Shown here: in pieces, positions 26,471 to 35,422 of the stretch
Layout of the letters: each line of letters starts with the position of its first letter
Numbering within the stretch: position 1 is the first letter of the stretch
From: an uncultured Candidatus Saccharibacteria bacterium
Lineage (GTDB): Bacteria > Patescibacteriota > Minisyncoccia > HO2-45-28
Direction of reading: 5' to 3'
NCBI GenBank assembly: GCA_964412115.1
Contig: CAYPMM010000007.1
Coordinates: 1-36,500 of the forward strand
DNA length: 36,500 nt
Made by a program: the position numbers and the translations under genes
The notes under the pieces: generated by a model
The model's database searches: none
What the model was told of the DNA's origin: nothing
Seen by the model: only the letters and a program-made list of their open reading frames with translations

Positions 26471-27586
26471 ATGGAGTTAGCCTGTGTTAAGAACCAAATC
26501 CAAAAAAGTTTTCAGCTGGCCGACAGATACACCAATCAAACGGATATAAATCCGGTTTTAAACGGGATATTTTTAAAAGCGGAAAAAAACAGCCTGCTTA
26601 TAAGGTCAACCGACCTGTACAGCGGTTTTGAAACAAAAATACCGGCGCAGGTAAAAAAAGAAGGAGAGTCGGTTGTTCCGGCAAAACCGATTATTTCGGT
26701 TTTATCTTCAATAAACGACGAAAAAATAAATCTGGAGTCAAAAGACGGGAGTTTGTATCTTACGACAAAAAATACCTCGACAAATTTAAAAACATACAGT
26801 CACGAGGACTTTCCAAAATTGCCTAAAATAAAAAACGGGCAAAAAATAATTTTTTTTTTTTTTTTACTTTTTAAAAATTTAAAAAATGTTTTTTTCGCCG
26901 CGGCATCATCGGACATAAAACCCGAAATATCGTCTATTTTATTTTCAGCTGGAAACGCGAAAAGCAAACCTGATGGCGGACTGAAAATAGCCGCGACCGA
27001 CTCCTTCCGCTTAGCCGAAAAATCTTTCGGAGCTAATTTTGAAAAAACAGGTTCTTTTCTTTTTCCGGCTAAATCCGCGGCCGGATTTATTAAAATTCTT
27101 GAGAATTTTGACGGCGAAGTCGAAGTCGGTTTTGACGAACATCATCTTTTTGCTTTCCACCCCTCTTTTTCGTATTTTACGAGGTTAATTGAGGGAAACT
27201 TTCCGGAGTATGAACAAATAATACCCTCGTCTTTTATAACCGAAGCCGCGGTTTCAAAAAAAGAACTTATTGAAAATCTTAAACTAGCCGGAGTATTTTC
27301 GGGGCGTCTTAAAGAAATAAAAATGCGCGTTCATCCGGGAGATAATTTGCTTGAAATAATGACCAGCGACGGCGAATTCGGCGAGAACAACAGCCAGATG
27401 CCGGCGCAAGTCACCGGTGAAAATCTGGAGATATCTTTTAACCAGAGATATCTGCTGGAGGGGCTTGAACAGGTAAGTTCGGACGGCGTTATCCTGCGCT
27501 TTTCGGGACCGAACCGTCCGCTTCTCATCCAAAACCCAAGGGACGTTTCTTATTTGTATCTGGTAATGCCGATGAAAAATTCGTAA
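26471..27586 (+). CDS. dnaN: DNA polymerase III beta sliding clamp
   Basis: 371 aa with three-domain clamp-like sequence and the conserved position after dnaA. Contains a T16 tract at 26850-26865. Confidence 0.92.
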   Translation: MELACVKNQIQKSFQLADRYTNQTDINPVLNGIFLKAEKNSLLIRSTDLYSGFETKIPAQVKKEGESVVPAKPIISVLSSINDEKINLESKDGSLYLTTKNTSTNLKTYSHEDFPKLPKIKNGQKIIFFFFLLFKNLKNVFFAAASSDIKPEISSILFSAGNAKSKPDGGLKIAATDSFRLAEKSFGANFEKTGSFLFPAKSAAGFIKILENFDGEVEVGFDEHHLFAFHPSFSYFTRLIEGNFPEYEQIIPSSFITEAAVSKKELIENLKLAGVFSGRLKEIKMRVHPGDNLLEIMTSDGEFGENNSQMPAQVTGENLEISFNQRYLLEGLEQVSSDGVILRFSGPNRPLLIQNPRDVSYLYLVMPMKNS

Positions 27587-27595
27587 TTTTTAGCG

Positions 27596-27868
27596 ATGTC
27601 TTTTAAACGGATTTTTGAGTTTTTAAATAAATTCGAAAACATAAAAAACCACGGCAATAACGTGGAAATGAAGGTAGCTGAATGGTGTTTAAAAAAAACC
27701 GGCCTGTCTTTAAAAGACATAAACGTGAAGGTCCGGCGTCCCAATATCATTATTTCAACCAAAAACGCTTCGGCTAAAACCGCTATTTTTACCGCGCAAA
27801 ATTCTCTTTTTGAAGAATTAAAAAACAAATTCGGCTCAAGCGCGCCGGATAAAATTATTTTTAAATAA
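27596..27868 (+). CDS. DUF721/DciA-like small protein
   Basis: 90 aa. Its position after dnaN and its C-terminal pattern (..IIISTKNASAKTAIF...LKNKFG...IIFK) resemble DUF721. Confidence 0.5.
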   Translation: MSFKRIFEFLNKFENIKNHGNNVEMKVAEWCLKKTGLSLKDINVKVRRPNIIISTKNASAKTAIFTAQNSLFEELKNKFGSSAPDKIIFK

Positions 27869-27869
27869 A

Positions 27870-30431
27870 TTATTTTAAGCCGATTTCTTTTTCCAAAGAA
27901 GAGCTGTTGCCGACCGCGTCGTAAATATTTACCACCAGTTTTTCCCGCACGTTAAGGTCTTTTATTTTCGACAGGTCAATTGAAAAGAAATACGGCGGAT
28001 TTTTAACCGATCCCAAAAATCTGTTTCCGAAAATAACATCCATCTGGCTTACGCCGAACCGGGCCGAGGCGGATACGGAAAACGGAATTAATCCCGAATA
28101 CGAAGTTTCATCCGGAGGCGGAACCAGAAAAGAAATTTTAGGCGCGTATTCCGGAAGATGAATATCGTCCAGTTTCAAAGGAATGTCTTTTTCATCCTCT
28201 TCCGGCATATTTTTGGATTGCGCCCAGAGCTTCACCGGATATTCCCACAAAGAAAATTGCGAGTCTGCCGACGGGTTGTCCGGAATCGGGCCGTCGGGGT
28301 TGTTTTTATCAAGCCAGTAAAGAATAGAGTGTATTTGAACCAAAGGTTTTTCTTCCCGGTATTGCTGGGGGGTGTAAATGGTCGCCAATTTTCCCGATAT
28401 TTTATCAACAGAGTAAGTCTTGCTTCCTCTCCATTCGCTTTTAAGGACCGCTTTTCGCGCCAAACTTGCCGAAGGTGGCGCGAATTCTTTTTTTTCAAGC
28501 GTTTTCGACGCCTCCTGGAAAAAGGCGTTCCAAAGGGGCGCGGCGATGAATCCGGCAACGCTTTTGACCATTTCCGAGTTGTCGTTGTTTCCGAACCACA
28601 CGCCCCAGGCCAGATTCGGCGTATAGCCGACGACCCAGGCGTCTCTTGAGTCGTTGGTTGTTCCTGTTTTTGCCGCCACGTCCCAGCCCGGAAAATAAAG
28701 AGGCGAACTCAAACCGAAACCCGGAGCCCTCGCGTCGTTATCCGAGAGGACGTCGTTTATAAGGCGCGCCGTTTGAGCGTCCAAGACCTCTTCGGGACCG
28801 GGACGGAATTCCTCAAGGACTCTTCCTTTTGAGTCTTCCACCCGAAGTACCGCGGTTAGAGGGTTTCTTACTCCTTCGTTTGCGAATACCGAGTAGGCCC
28901 CGACCATTTCAAGCAATTTAACTTCTCCTCCGCCCAAAACAAGCGACAGTCCGTAGCGGTCGGAGTCGGCAAGGGTGGTTATGCCCATAGACTTGGCGGT
29001 TTTCAATGAATCGCCGACTCCGGCAAGATACAAAGTTTTTACCGCCGGAATATTTATTGACTGCGCCAGCGCCTCGCGCAAAGTTATGGGTCCGCGAAAA
29101 ACGCCGTCATAATTTCTTGGATGGTAGCAGGAGTCTTTTTTTTCTTCGGATGATTTTTCTTCTTCCGCCAAAACTTTAGCCGCGTCCATGTCGCAGGAAG
29201 GGTTGAACTCGGTCGGAAGGTCAAAGACCGCGGTTTCCGGCGTGTAGCCCTTTTTAAAAGCGGTAGCGTAGACAAAAGGCTTGAAAGCCGAACCCGGCTG
29301 CCGGCCCAAAGCGTAAGCGGTTACGTTTACGTGCGGTTCAAATTTGCAGTTAAGCCCCGGAGCGCATCCTTCGGGCTCCGGGTCCGAAAACCAGTCTTTT
29401 GATCCGACCATCACCAGTATCTGGCCGTTTGACGGGTCGGTTGCGACCAGCCCCGCGTTATAAACGTCAAATTTTTCTTCCTCATCTTCAACGAATTTTT
29501 TTGTCAGCTCCTCGGCTTTCTGCTGTAAGTTCCAGTCAAGCGAGGTAATGACTTTAAGTCCGCCCGATTCCACGGCGTCTTCTCCGTATTTTTCGGTGAG
29601 ATAGTCCCGGACATAAAATATAAAATGAGGGGCTTTAAGAGTTTCGTTGCCTCTGGGGACAAATTCAACCGTTTCGGCCATGGCTGTATTCATCTCCTCT
29701 TCATTTATAAAATTCAAATCAAACATTCTTTTTAAGACCAGATTTTTTCTTTCGTCCAACTCTTTCTTGTGCGATCCGTAAGGAGAATAAAATGTCGGAG
29801 CATTGGGTAAAGAAACCAAATAAGCCGATTCGGCCAGCGTTACATCCTTTAATTTTTTACCAAAAAACGTTTCGGCGGCAGCCGCAATGCCGTAGGCCGA
29901 TGAACCGTAGGGTATTTCGTTTAGATAAAATCCCAAAATTTGGTCTTTTGCAAACACCCGCTCAACTTTAAGCGCCAGCACCAGCTCTTTCAGTTTGCGG
30001 CTGATTGTTTTTTCATCGGTCAAAAGAGCTTTTTTGACCAATTGCTGGGTTATGGTTGAACCCCCCTGCAGGGCTCCGCCGTAAACCGCGTTCACAAAAG
30101 CCGCGCGCGCGATTGCAAGCGGTCTTACGCCGCGGTGGTTATAAAAATTAGAGTCCTCCATCGCCACGGTCGCGTTTCTGACACTTGGCGGTATTTCGGC
30201 AAGGTCCACGACCGTCCTGCGGATGTCGTTATGTATGTCGTAGAGAAGAACGTTTTCGGAGCGGTCGTAGATTTTGGTTGATTGTATCACTTTGCGGGAG
30301 TCGAAAGATTCAAAGTCCGGTATATCAAGCGTGAGCGCCCAAACCGAAAACGCGCCGACAAGAAATACCAAAACAAGCCCGTATATCAAACGCCTTTTTG
30401 CCTTTTTTGAGAGTTTAGTTTCCCTTGCCAT
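27870..30431 (-). CDS. ponA: Class A penicillin-binding protein (GT51 transglycosylase + transpeptidase) with a C-terminal extension
   Basis: 853 aa with EDSNFYNHRGV, GGSTITQQL, SAFKPF (SxxK), SIN and KTGTT. Confidence 0.95.
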   Translation of the reverse strand: MARETKLSKKAKRRLIYGLVLVFLVGAFSVWALTLDIPDFESFDSRKVIQSTKIYDRSENVLLYDIHNDIRRTVVDLAEIPPSVRNATVAMEDSNFYNHRGVRPLAIARAAFVNAVYGGALQGGSTITQQLVKKALLTDEKTISRKLKELVLALKVERVFAKDQILGFYLNEIPYGSSAYGIAAAAETFFGKKLKDVTLAESAYLVSLPNAPTFYSPYGSHKKELDERKNLVLKRMFDLNFINEEEMNTAMAETVEFVPRGNETLKAPHFIFYVRDYLTEKYGEDAVESGGLKVITSLDWNLQQKAEELTKKFVEDEEEKFDVYNAGLVATDPSNGQILVMVGSKDWFSDPEPEGCAPGLNCKFEPHVNVTAYALGRQPGSAFKPFVYATAFKKGYTPETAVFDLPTEFNPSCDMDAAKVLAEEEKSSEEKKDSCYHPRNYDGVFRGPITLREALAQSINIPAVKTLYLAGVGDSLKTAKSMGITTLADSDRYGLSLVLGGGEVKLLEMVGAYSVFANEGVRNPLTAVLRVEDSKGRVLEEFRPGPEEVLDAQTARLINDVLSDNDARAPGFGLSSPLYFPGWDVAAKTGTTNDSRDAWVVGYTPNLAWGVWFGNNDNSEMVKSVAGFIAAPLWNAFFQEASKTLEKKEFAPPSASLARKAVLKSEWRGSKTYSVDKISGKLATIYTPQQYREEKPLVQIHSILYWLDKNNPDGPIPDNPSADSQFSLWEYPVKLWAQSKNMPEEDEKDIPLKLDDIHLPEYAPKISFLVPPPDETSYSGLIPFSVSASARFGVSQMDVIFGNRFLGSVKNPPYFFSIDLSKIKDLNVREKLVVNIYDAVGNSSSLEKEIGLK

Positions 30432-30518
30432 TTAGCGTTTATATTATCTTATTTTTGCGAGTTTTTCAACACCGGCCATATAAAACCCACCCAAATACCG
30501 ATATTTAACCAAAACAAA

Positions 30519-30544
30519 CGGCCAAATCAGTGATTTAGCTGTTT
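30519..30544 (+). repeat. Left copy of the 26-bp imperfect direct repeat
   Basis: CGGCCAAATCAGTGATTTAGCTGTTT, matching 33999-34024 at 23 of 26 positions. Confidence 0.85.
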
Positions 30545-30610
30545 GTTTAGTTTTCCCCATGTTGTAAAAACGGGTTAGATTTCCCGCTTTTTTAGAGTCA
30601 TAATTAAGTT

Positions 30611-31789
30611 ATGAAGAAGAAGCAGTTTGGCCAATTTTTTACTAGGGAAGCCGACCACATTTTTAGTGGATTAGAAAAATACATAAAGGGCAAAAAAGCA
30701 ACAGACCCATTTGCTGGTGCTGGCGACTTATTAAATTGGGCCAAGAAAAATGGTGCAAATAAAATCGTTGGCTATGATGTTGATCCAACGTACGCCAACT
30801 CTAAAAAAATAGTTTTGAATGATTCACTTTTGGCTCCAAAAAAATATTCTTTCGTGATTACGAATCCTCCGTACCTGAATATAAATAAAGCCGACAAGAT
30901 TACGAAAGAGCGTTATTTCAATAATTTTGAATATGAAGATTTATACCAGATTTCTTTGGCGTCAATCATGGATAGCGACGAGGGCATTGTTATTGTGCCC
31001 ATTAACTTCTTATCTGCTGAAAATTCAAGAAAAATACGAGACAGATTTTTCGGCAAGTTCAGAATAGTTGAAATGAATTATTTTAAAAACCAGGTCTTTT
31101 CGGACACGACCTATAATGTAATAGCGTTTTATTATAAGAAAAAAAGAAACACCCTTGACGATTCTTTTATTATTAACTGCCGTATTTTTCCCGACAGGCA
31201 GAAGATTAAAATAAAACTGGAACAGAAATTTCATTGGACCATTGGCGGAAACGATTTAATCCAAATTGAAAAACAAAGAAACACCCTGGGTATTCACAGA
31301 CTAGTTGAAAACGACTTAGAATCAGGGAGTTGTATTATAAAAGCCGCCCACAACCACATCAAAACCGTTAGGGAATATAGGGTTTCGGGCCCACTGCGCG
31401 ATTCCATTAAAGAGAACCTGATTTTGCTTAGGGCTATTGACAGCGGGACACCCGAGGGTAAAATCCGCCTCGAAAATATAAAAAAATACGGCGTTGACTG
31501 TTTGGTCAGCAAAGAAAGCTCCAGAAATATGATATATTTATTGTTTGAAAAGAGATTGTCCCTGGATGAGCAAGAAAAAATAATCGAGACTTTTAACGAG
31601 GAAATCGGCAAACTACGAAAAGATTATTTCTCGCTTTTTTTGACGAATTTCAGAGATAATGACAGAAAAAGGATTTCATTTGACTTTGTCTACAAATTTA
31701 TTAATTATTTGTATTTCAGTAAGATAAATTATGACGCAGAAAGGCAAATCAGCTTATTACCAATGAGACAATATGAACAAGTGGGTTAA
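30611..31789 (+). CDS. N6-adenine DNA methyltransferase (motif I before NPPY)
   Basis: 392 aa with DPFAGAGDL (FxGxG) and VITNPPY. Confidence 0.85.
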   Translation: MKKKQFGQFFTREADHIFSGLEKYIKGKKATDPFAGAGDLLNWAKKNGANKIVGYDVDPTYANSKKIVLNDSLLAPKKYSFVITNPPYLNINKADKITKERYFNNFEYEDLYQISLASIMDSDEGIVIVPINFLSAENSRKIRDRFFGKFRIVEMNYFKNQVFSDTTYNVIAFYYKKKRNTLDDSFIINCRIFPDRQKIKIKLEQKFHWTIGGNDLIQIEKQRNTLGIHRLVENDLESGSCIIKAAHNHIKTVREYRVSGPLRDSIKENLILLRAIDSGTPEGKIRLENIKKYGVDCLVSKESSRNMIYLLFEKRLSLDEQEKIIETFNEEIGKLRKDYFSLFLTNFRDNDRKRISFDFVYKFINYLYFSKINYDAERQISLLPMRQYEQVG

Positions 31790-32561
31790 AAAAAGTATTA
31801 AGCTGGCAAGTGGACGCGGCTATTTGGACAAACTTTCAAAAGTTTATCCGGTTTCGGTAAACGTTGCGCGCAAGTTAAGCGTTGCGGAACAAAAAAGGAT
31901 TAAGACCGCTTTTTCAAAAAGAGATGGCAAATTACTAATTACAACTTTGTTGGATTTTAAACGCTTTCCTGTGGACGACCCGTACATCGGTTTTTTGCGC
32001 AGAGATAAGTCGGCCATTGATCGCAATCCTAAAACCGTTAAACGTATAAGCAACCACTTATTTAAAATAGGGATTGAGGGAATTATAAGCGGAATTCAGC
32101 GGCCGAAATCTTCTTCCAGGCAATTTGGGCAATATTTTAGAAATTATCTCAATGGACTGGGATACCCGGTGCTTACCGACGCGAATTTTATAAAAGCGAA
32201 GGGCGTTGCGGTTTTAGCCGGTGGCGACGCTTCTCTTAAGAAATTCGCAAAAACACATCTGGGTTATCGCGAGAAAAAAGGGTTGGACCTGGTTTTTAAA
32301 AAGGGCGATAAATTTTTTATTGGCGAGGCAAAGTTTATAAGCGCAAGCGGCGGAACGCAGGACAAAAGTTTTCGTGAAACGATGGGGTTTATTAAAAATA
32401 GAAGTGCGGGGGCGCAACACATAGCAGTTCTTGACGGTGTAGTTTGGGCAGCTTCAAATAATGTGCGCGGCAAGAATCTCTATGACGATGTCCGGAAGCT
32501 CTCGGAGGGGAAACTGGTAATGAGCGCGTTATTGTTGAAAAAGTTTATTAAAAAGATCTAG
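31773..32561 (+). CDS. Probable type II restriction endonuclease (PD-(D/E)xK-like)
   Basis: 262 aa, overlapping the MTase gene by 17 nt. GLDLVF...FIGEAKF resembles a D...ExK catalytic motif. Confidence 0.5.
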   Translation: MNKWVKKSIKLASGRGYLDKLSKVYPVSVNVARKLSVAEQKRIKTAFSKRDGKLLITTLLDFKRFPVDDPYIGFLRRDKSAIDRNPKTVKRISNHLFKIGIEGIISGIQRPKSSSRQFGQYFRNYLNGLGYPVLTDANFIKAKGVAVLAGGDASLKKFAKTHLGYREKKGLDLVFKKGDKFFIGEAKFISASGGTQDKSFRETMGFIKNRSAGAQHIAVLDGVVWAASNNVRGKNLYDDVRKLSEGKLVMSALLLKKFIKKI

Positions 32562-32673
32562 CCTCGGATTTATCTAAAAACCGATCAAATCACCGATTGG
32601 CCTGTTTGTGTGCCCTCCACCCATTGTTTTTAATAGATTTTAGCGTTATTATTTTTTATAAATAGAATTACTT

Positions 32674-33165
32674 ATGATCGAGATTGCGTCCTATTTCACA
32701 AGTATTTTTATAGAACACCAGAGGTTGTTCTGGTCCTTTATTATTGGTGCCACCGGATCCGCCGCATATTTTACCGCTCTGTACTTTAAATTTGTCGGAT
32801 ACACCGATGCTCATCGCAATATTATAATTGAACCGTTCCGCAAGACCAATGATTACTTTTTCAATAGGATATCTGGGTGGAAGGTGCTCTGGTATTGTTG
32901 CGTTGGGGGCGCCATCTCTCTTATTTTTCAGATAAGCACTCCGCAATTGGTGGCTATACAGGGCTTTATACTGGGCGCGGCTTGGCCGAGCGTAGTTTCT
33001 CAATATTTATCAGGCAGAATGGGGAAACTATCAGACGAGGAGGCAGATGAAATAGGAATAAACGAGGTCCAAAGAGATTTGGGGGAACCTGCCAACAAAA
33101 ACAAGAAAACGGATTCAGAAACGATTACAAGATTAGAGAATATGCGAAAAAAAGATGATATTTAA
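32674..33165 (+). CDS. Hypothetical multi-pass membrane protein with a charged C-terminal tail
   Basis: 163 aa with 3-4 hydrophobic helices, AT-rich. Confidence 0.5.
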   Translation: MIEIASYFTSIFIEHQRLFWSFIIGATGSAAYFTALYFKFVGYTDAHRNIIIEPFRKTNDYFFNRISGWKVLWYCCVGGAISLIFQISTPQLVAIQGFILGAAWPSVVSQYLSGRMGKLSDEEADEIGINEVQRDLGEPANKNKKTDSETITRLENMRKKDDI

Positions 33166-33631
33166 AGAATTATTAAAAAAACCCGCAGCGTTGATATCAG
33201 AAAACAATATCGTAAAAGATATAGTTATTGATAACGATAATGCGAGTATAATACTTGACAGGCTCGGAGAAAAAAAAGAGGATTTCTCTGAATTTTTTAT
33301 GGTTTATCTGGACGAAGATGGTCGTGTCAAGGCGGTTATGGCGGAGAAAGACGTGAGTTCTCTTTTGATTATTGTTGAAAAACTGCTCAAAAATAAGAAG
33401 TTAGACACCGAAAAAATAAAAGATATGAAATTGACAGAGTCGTTTCCATTAGACAAAAGAATTTTTGTTAAACGCAGTGACGAATTATTAAAAGTATTAG
33501 AAGTTTTTAGAAATAAGGACATTTCTACAGATGTTGTTATTATTGTGGACGAGTCAGATGCATATGCGGGGAAAATTAGGAGAAAAAGTCTATTAAAAAA
33601 GATCGATTCTTTATTAAATCAAAACAAATAA
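33155..33631 (+). CDS. Hypothetical protein, CBS-pair-like
   Basis: 158 aa with two segments of CBS-like pattern (..FFMVYLDEDGRVKAVMAEKDV.. and ..DVVIIVDESDAYAGKIRRKSLL..). 11-nt overlap with the upstream gene. Confidence 0.4.
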   Translation: MIFKELLKKPAALISENNIVKDIVIDNDNASIILDRLGEKKEDFSEFFMVYLDEDGRVKAVMAEKDVSSLLIIVEKLLKNKKLDTEKIKDMKLTESFPLDKRIFVKRSDELLKVLEVFRNKDISTDVVIIVDESDAYAGKIRRKSLLKKIDSLLNQNK

Positions 33632-33677
33632 AACCCTCTTTCTTATTCTAAAAAAGAATATTATAAAAAACAAACCC

Positions 33678-34013
33678 ATGGATAACCTTTTAATTTTTAT
33701 TTTTGGCGCGATTGTCGGCGGGGTTGCGGTTTGGGTGTGGATGAAAAATGAAAAAGCAGAGTCGGAAGCAGAAAACAAAATTGGCGGAATTTTGGGGGTG
33801 AATGTCCGGAGGCAAAGCGAAAAGGAGCAAAATAAGGAAAAAATTTTGGGAATGTTCGCGGCGAAAAAGGATATAACAAACGACGATGTTGAAAATTCTC
33901 TTGGTGTCTCTGACGCCACGGCCACAAACTATTTAAATGAACTAGAACAGGAGGGCAAAATTGAACAAGTCGGCCAAACCGGCCGAGGCGTATTTTATCG
34001 GCCAAATCGCTGA
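33678..34013 (+). CDS. TM-anchored winged-helix DNA-binding protein
   Basis: 111 aa with an N-terminal TM helix and a C-terminal wHTH-like segment ITNDDVENSLGVSDATATNYLNELEQEGKIEQVG. Confidence 0.55.
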   Translation: MDNLLIFIFGAIVGGVAVWVWMKNEKAESEAENKIGGILGVNVRRQSEKEQNKEKILGMFAAKKDITNDDVENSLGVSDATATNYLNELEQEGKIEQVGQTGRGVFYRPNR

Positions 34014-34024
34014 TTTAGCCGTTT
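33999..34024 (+). repeat. Right copy of the 26-bp imperfect direct repeat
   Basis: CGGCCAAATCGCTGATTTAGCCGTTT. It overlaps the last codons and the stop of the wHTH gene. Confidence 0.85.
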
Positions 34025-34069
34025 TGGGAGTCTATCCACAGGCAGAAAATTTAATGCTATCCTTTAAAA

Positions 34070-35269
34070 ATGGCGGATTTTTTAAGTGATAAATTAAACG
34101 AAAAAATATCGCGGCTTTCGGAGGAAATAATAACCAAAGGCGAGCTTCTAAGCCGGCTGAAATCGGGCAAAAAACTGCGGATAAAATACGGGGTTGATGT
34201 TACCTCGCCCTTTTTGCATCTGGGGCACGCGGTTAATTTGTGGCTTATGCGCGCTTTTCAGGAAGAGGGACACAAGGTTGTTTTTCTTGTGGGCGACTTT
34301 ACGACCAAGATAGGCGATCCGACGGGAAGGGACGAGGCGCGTAAAAAAATTTCGGACGCCGACATAAAAAAAGGAGCGAAAGAATTCATAAAACAGGTTT
34401 CTAAAATTCTTTTGACCGGCAAGAAGGTTTTTGAAATACGCAAAAACTCCGAGTGGTATTCAAAAATGAGCGCGAAAGAACTCACCGAACTTTTGTCTCT
34501 TTTCACCAACGCCCAGCTGATTAAGCGCGACATGTTTCAGGAAAGAATAAAAAAAGACATTGAAATTTACGAGCACGAGCTGATATATCCCATTTTGCAG
34601 GGCTACGATTCGGTAATGCTCAAATCCGACCTGACGGTCATCGGTTCGGACCAGCTTTTTAACGAGATGAGAGGCAGGGACTTGCAGGAAAAATTCGGGC
34701 AAGAGCGGCAGGTCATTATTACCACCAAAATCACCCCGGGGATACGCGGAGGAGAAAAACAGTCAAAAAGTTTGGGGAATTACATCGGCCTTTCCGACTT
34801 CGCCCGCGAAAAGTTCGGCAAAATCATGAGCATGCCCGATGGCCTGATAGTTAAATATTTTGAGGTTTATAGCGACGTCGCGCTTTCTCGGATAAAAGAA
34901 ATTGAGCGAGGAATTTCTAAAAAAACATTAAACCCGAAAGATGCCAAAATGGAATTGGCCGAAGCCATAGTTTTAAAATACCACGGCAAAAAAGAAGCCG
35001 ATGAAGCCAAAAGTTTTTTTGTGAGCACTTTCCAGAGAAAAGAATTGCCTGAAGGAATCGGAGTTTTTACCGCCGAAAAAGGAAGTGCCGTAAAAAACAT
35101 TCTTGTCGCGTCCAAAATGGCTCCGTCCAATTCGGAAGCGGTCCGCCTTATTAAAGCCGGAGCCGTTGAATTTGACGGAGAACGTATTGGAGATATTCAC
35201 GAAAAAATATTAAAAGACGGGGTCTTGCGCGCGGGAAAAAAACGCTTTGTGAAAATTAAAATAAAATAA
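34070..35269 (+). CDS. tyrS: Tyrosyl-tRNA synthetase
   Basis: 399 aa with HIGH-type HLGH, KMSKS-type KQSKS and a C-terminal S4-like domain. Confidence 0.93.
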   Translation: MADFLSDKLNEKISRLSEEIITKGELLSRLKSGKKLRIKYGVDVTSPFLHLGHAVNLWLMRAFQEEGHKVVFLVGDFTTKIGDPTGRDEARKKISDADIKKGAKEFIKQVSKILLTGKKVFEIRKNSEWYSKMSAKELTELLSLFTNAQLIKRDMFQERIKKDIEIYEHELIYPILQGYDSVMLKSDLTVIGSDQLFNEMRGRDLQEKFGQERQVIITTKITPGIRGGEKQSKSLGNYIGLSDFAREKFGKIMSMPDGLIVKYFEVYSDVALSRIKEIERGISKKTLNPKDAKMELAEAIVLKYHGKKEADEAKSFFVSTFQRKELPEGIGVFTAEKGSAVKNILVASKMAPSNSEAVRLIKAGAVEFDGERIGDIHEKILKDGVLRAGKKRFVKIKIK

Positions 35270-35305
35270 CCAAAACCCGCCGAAGAGGCGGGTTTTGGTT
35301 ATTTT
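35263..35305. terminator. Bidirectional terminator hairpin
   Basis: 19-bp perfect stem AAAATAACCAAAACCCGCC / GGCGGGTTTTGGTTATTTT with a GAAGA loop, overlapping the tyrS stop. Confidence 0.85.
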
Positions 35306-35422
35306 CTATTCTTCTTCCGGTTCTTCCTCGTCGCCGGTCATCTCTTTGGGCATTTCCTCATCTGCTTCGTCTTCTTCCGTGTCTTCGGCGCGAAGATATG
35401 AATTATCGTCTTGGTAAAGCAT
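35306..35422 (-). CDS. Possible 38-aa highly acidic micro-ORF
   Basis: Translation MLYQDDNSYLRAEDTEEDEADEEMPKEMTGDEEEPEEE. The stop abuts the terminator stem. No SD and no homology recognised. Confidence 0.25.
   Translation of the reverse strand: MLYQDDNSYLRAEDTEEDEADEEMPKEMTGDEEEPEEE

Larger units (their letters stand above)
30519..34024. mobile_element. AT-rich genomic islet bounded by direct repeats (R-M pair plus three small genes); no recombinase
   Basis: Flanking direct repeats sit 3480 bp apart. GC is visibly lower and codon choice differs from the neighbours ponA and tyrS. Confidence 0.45.
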
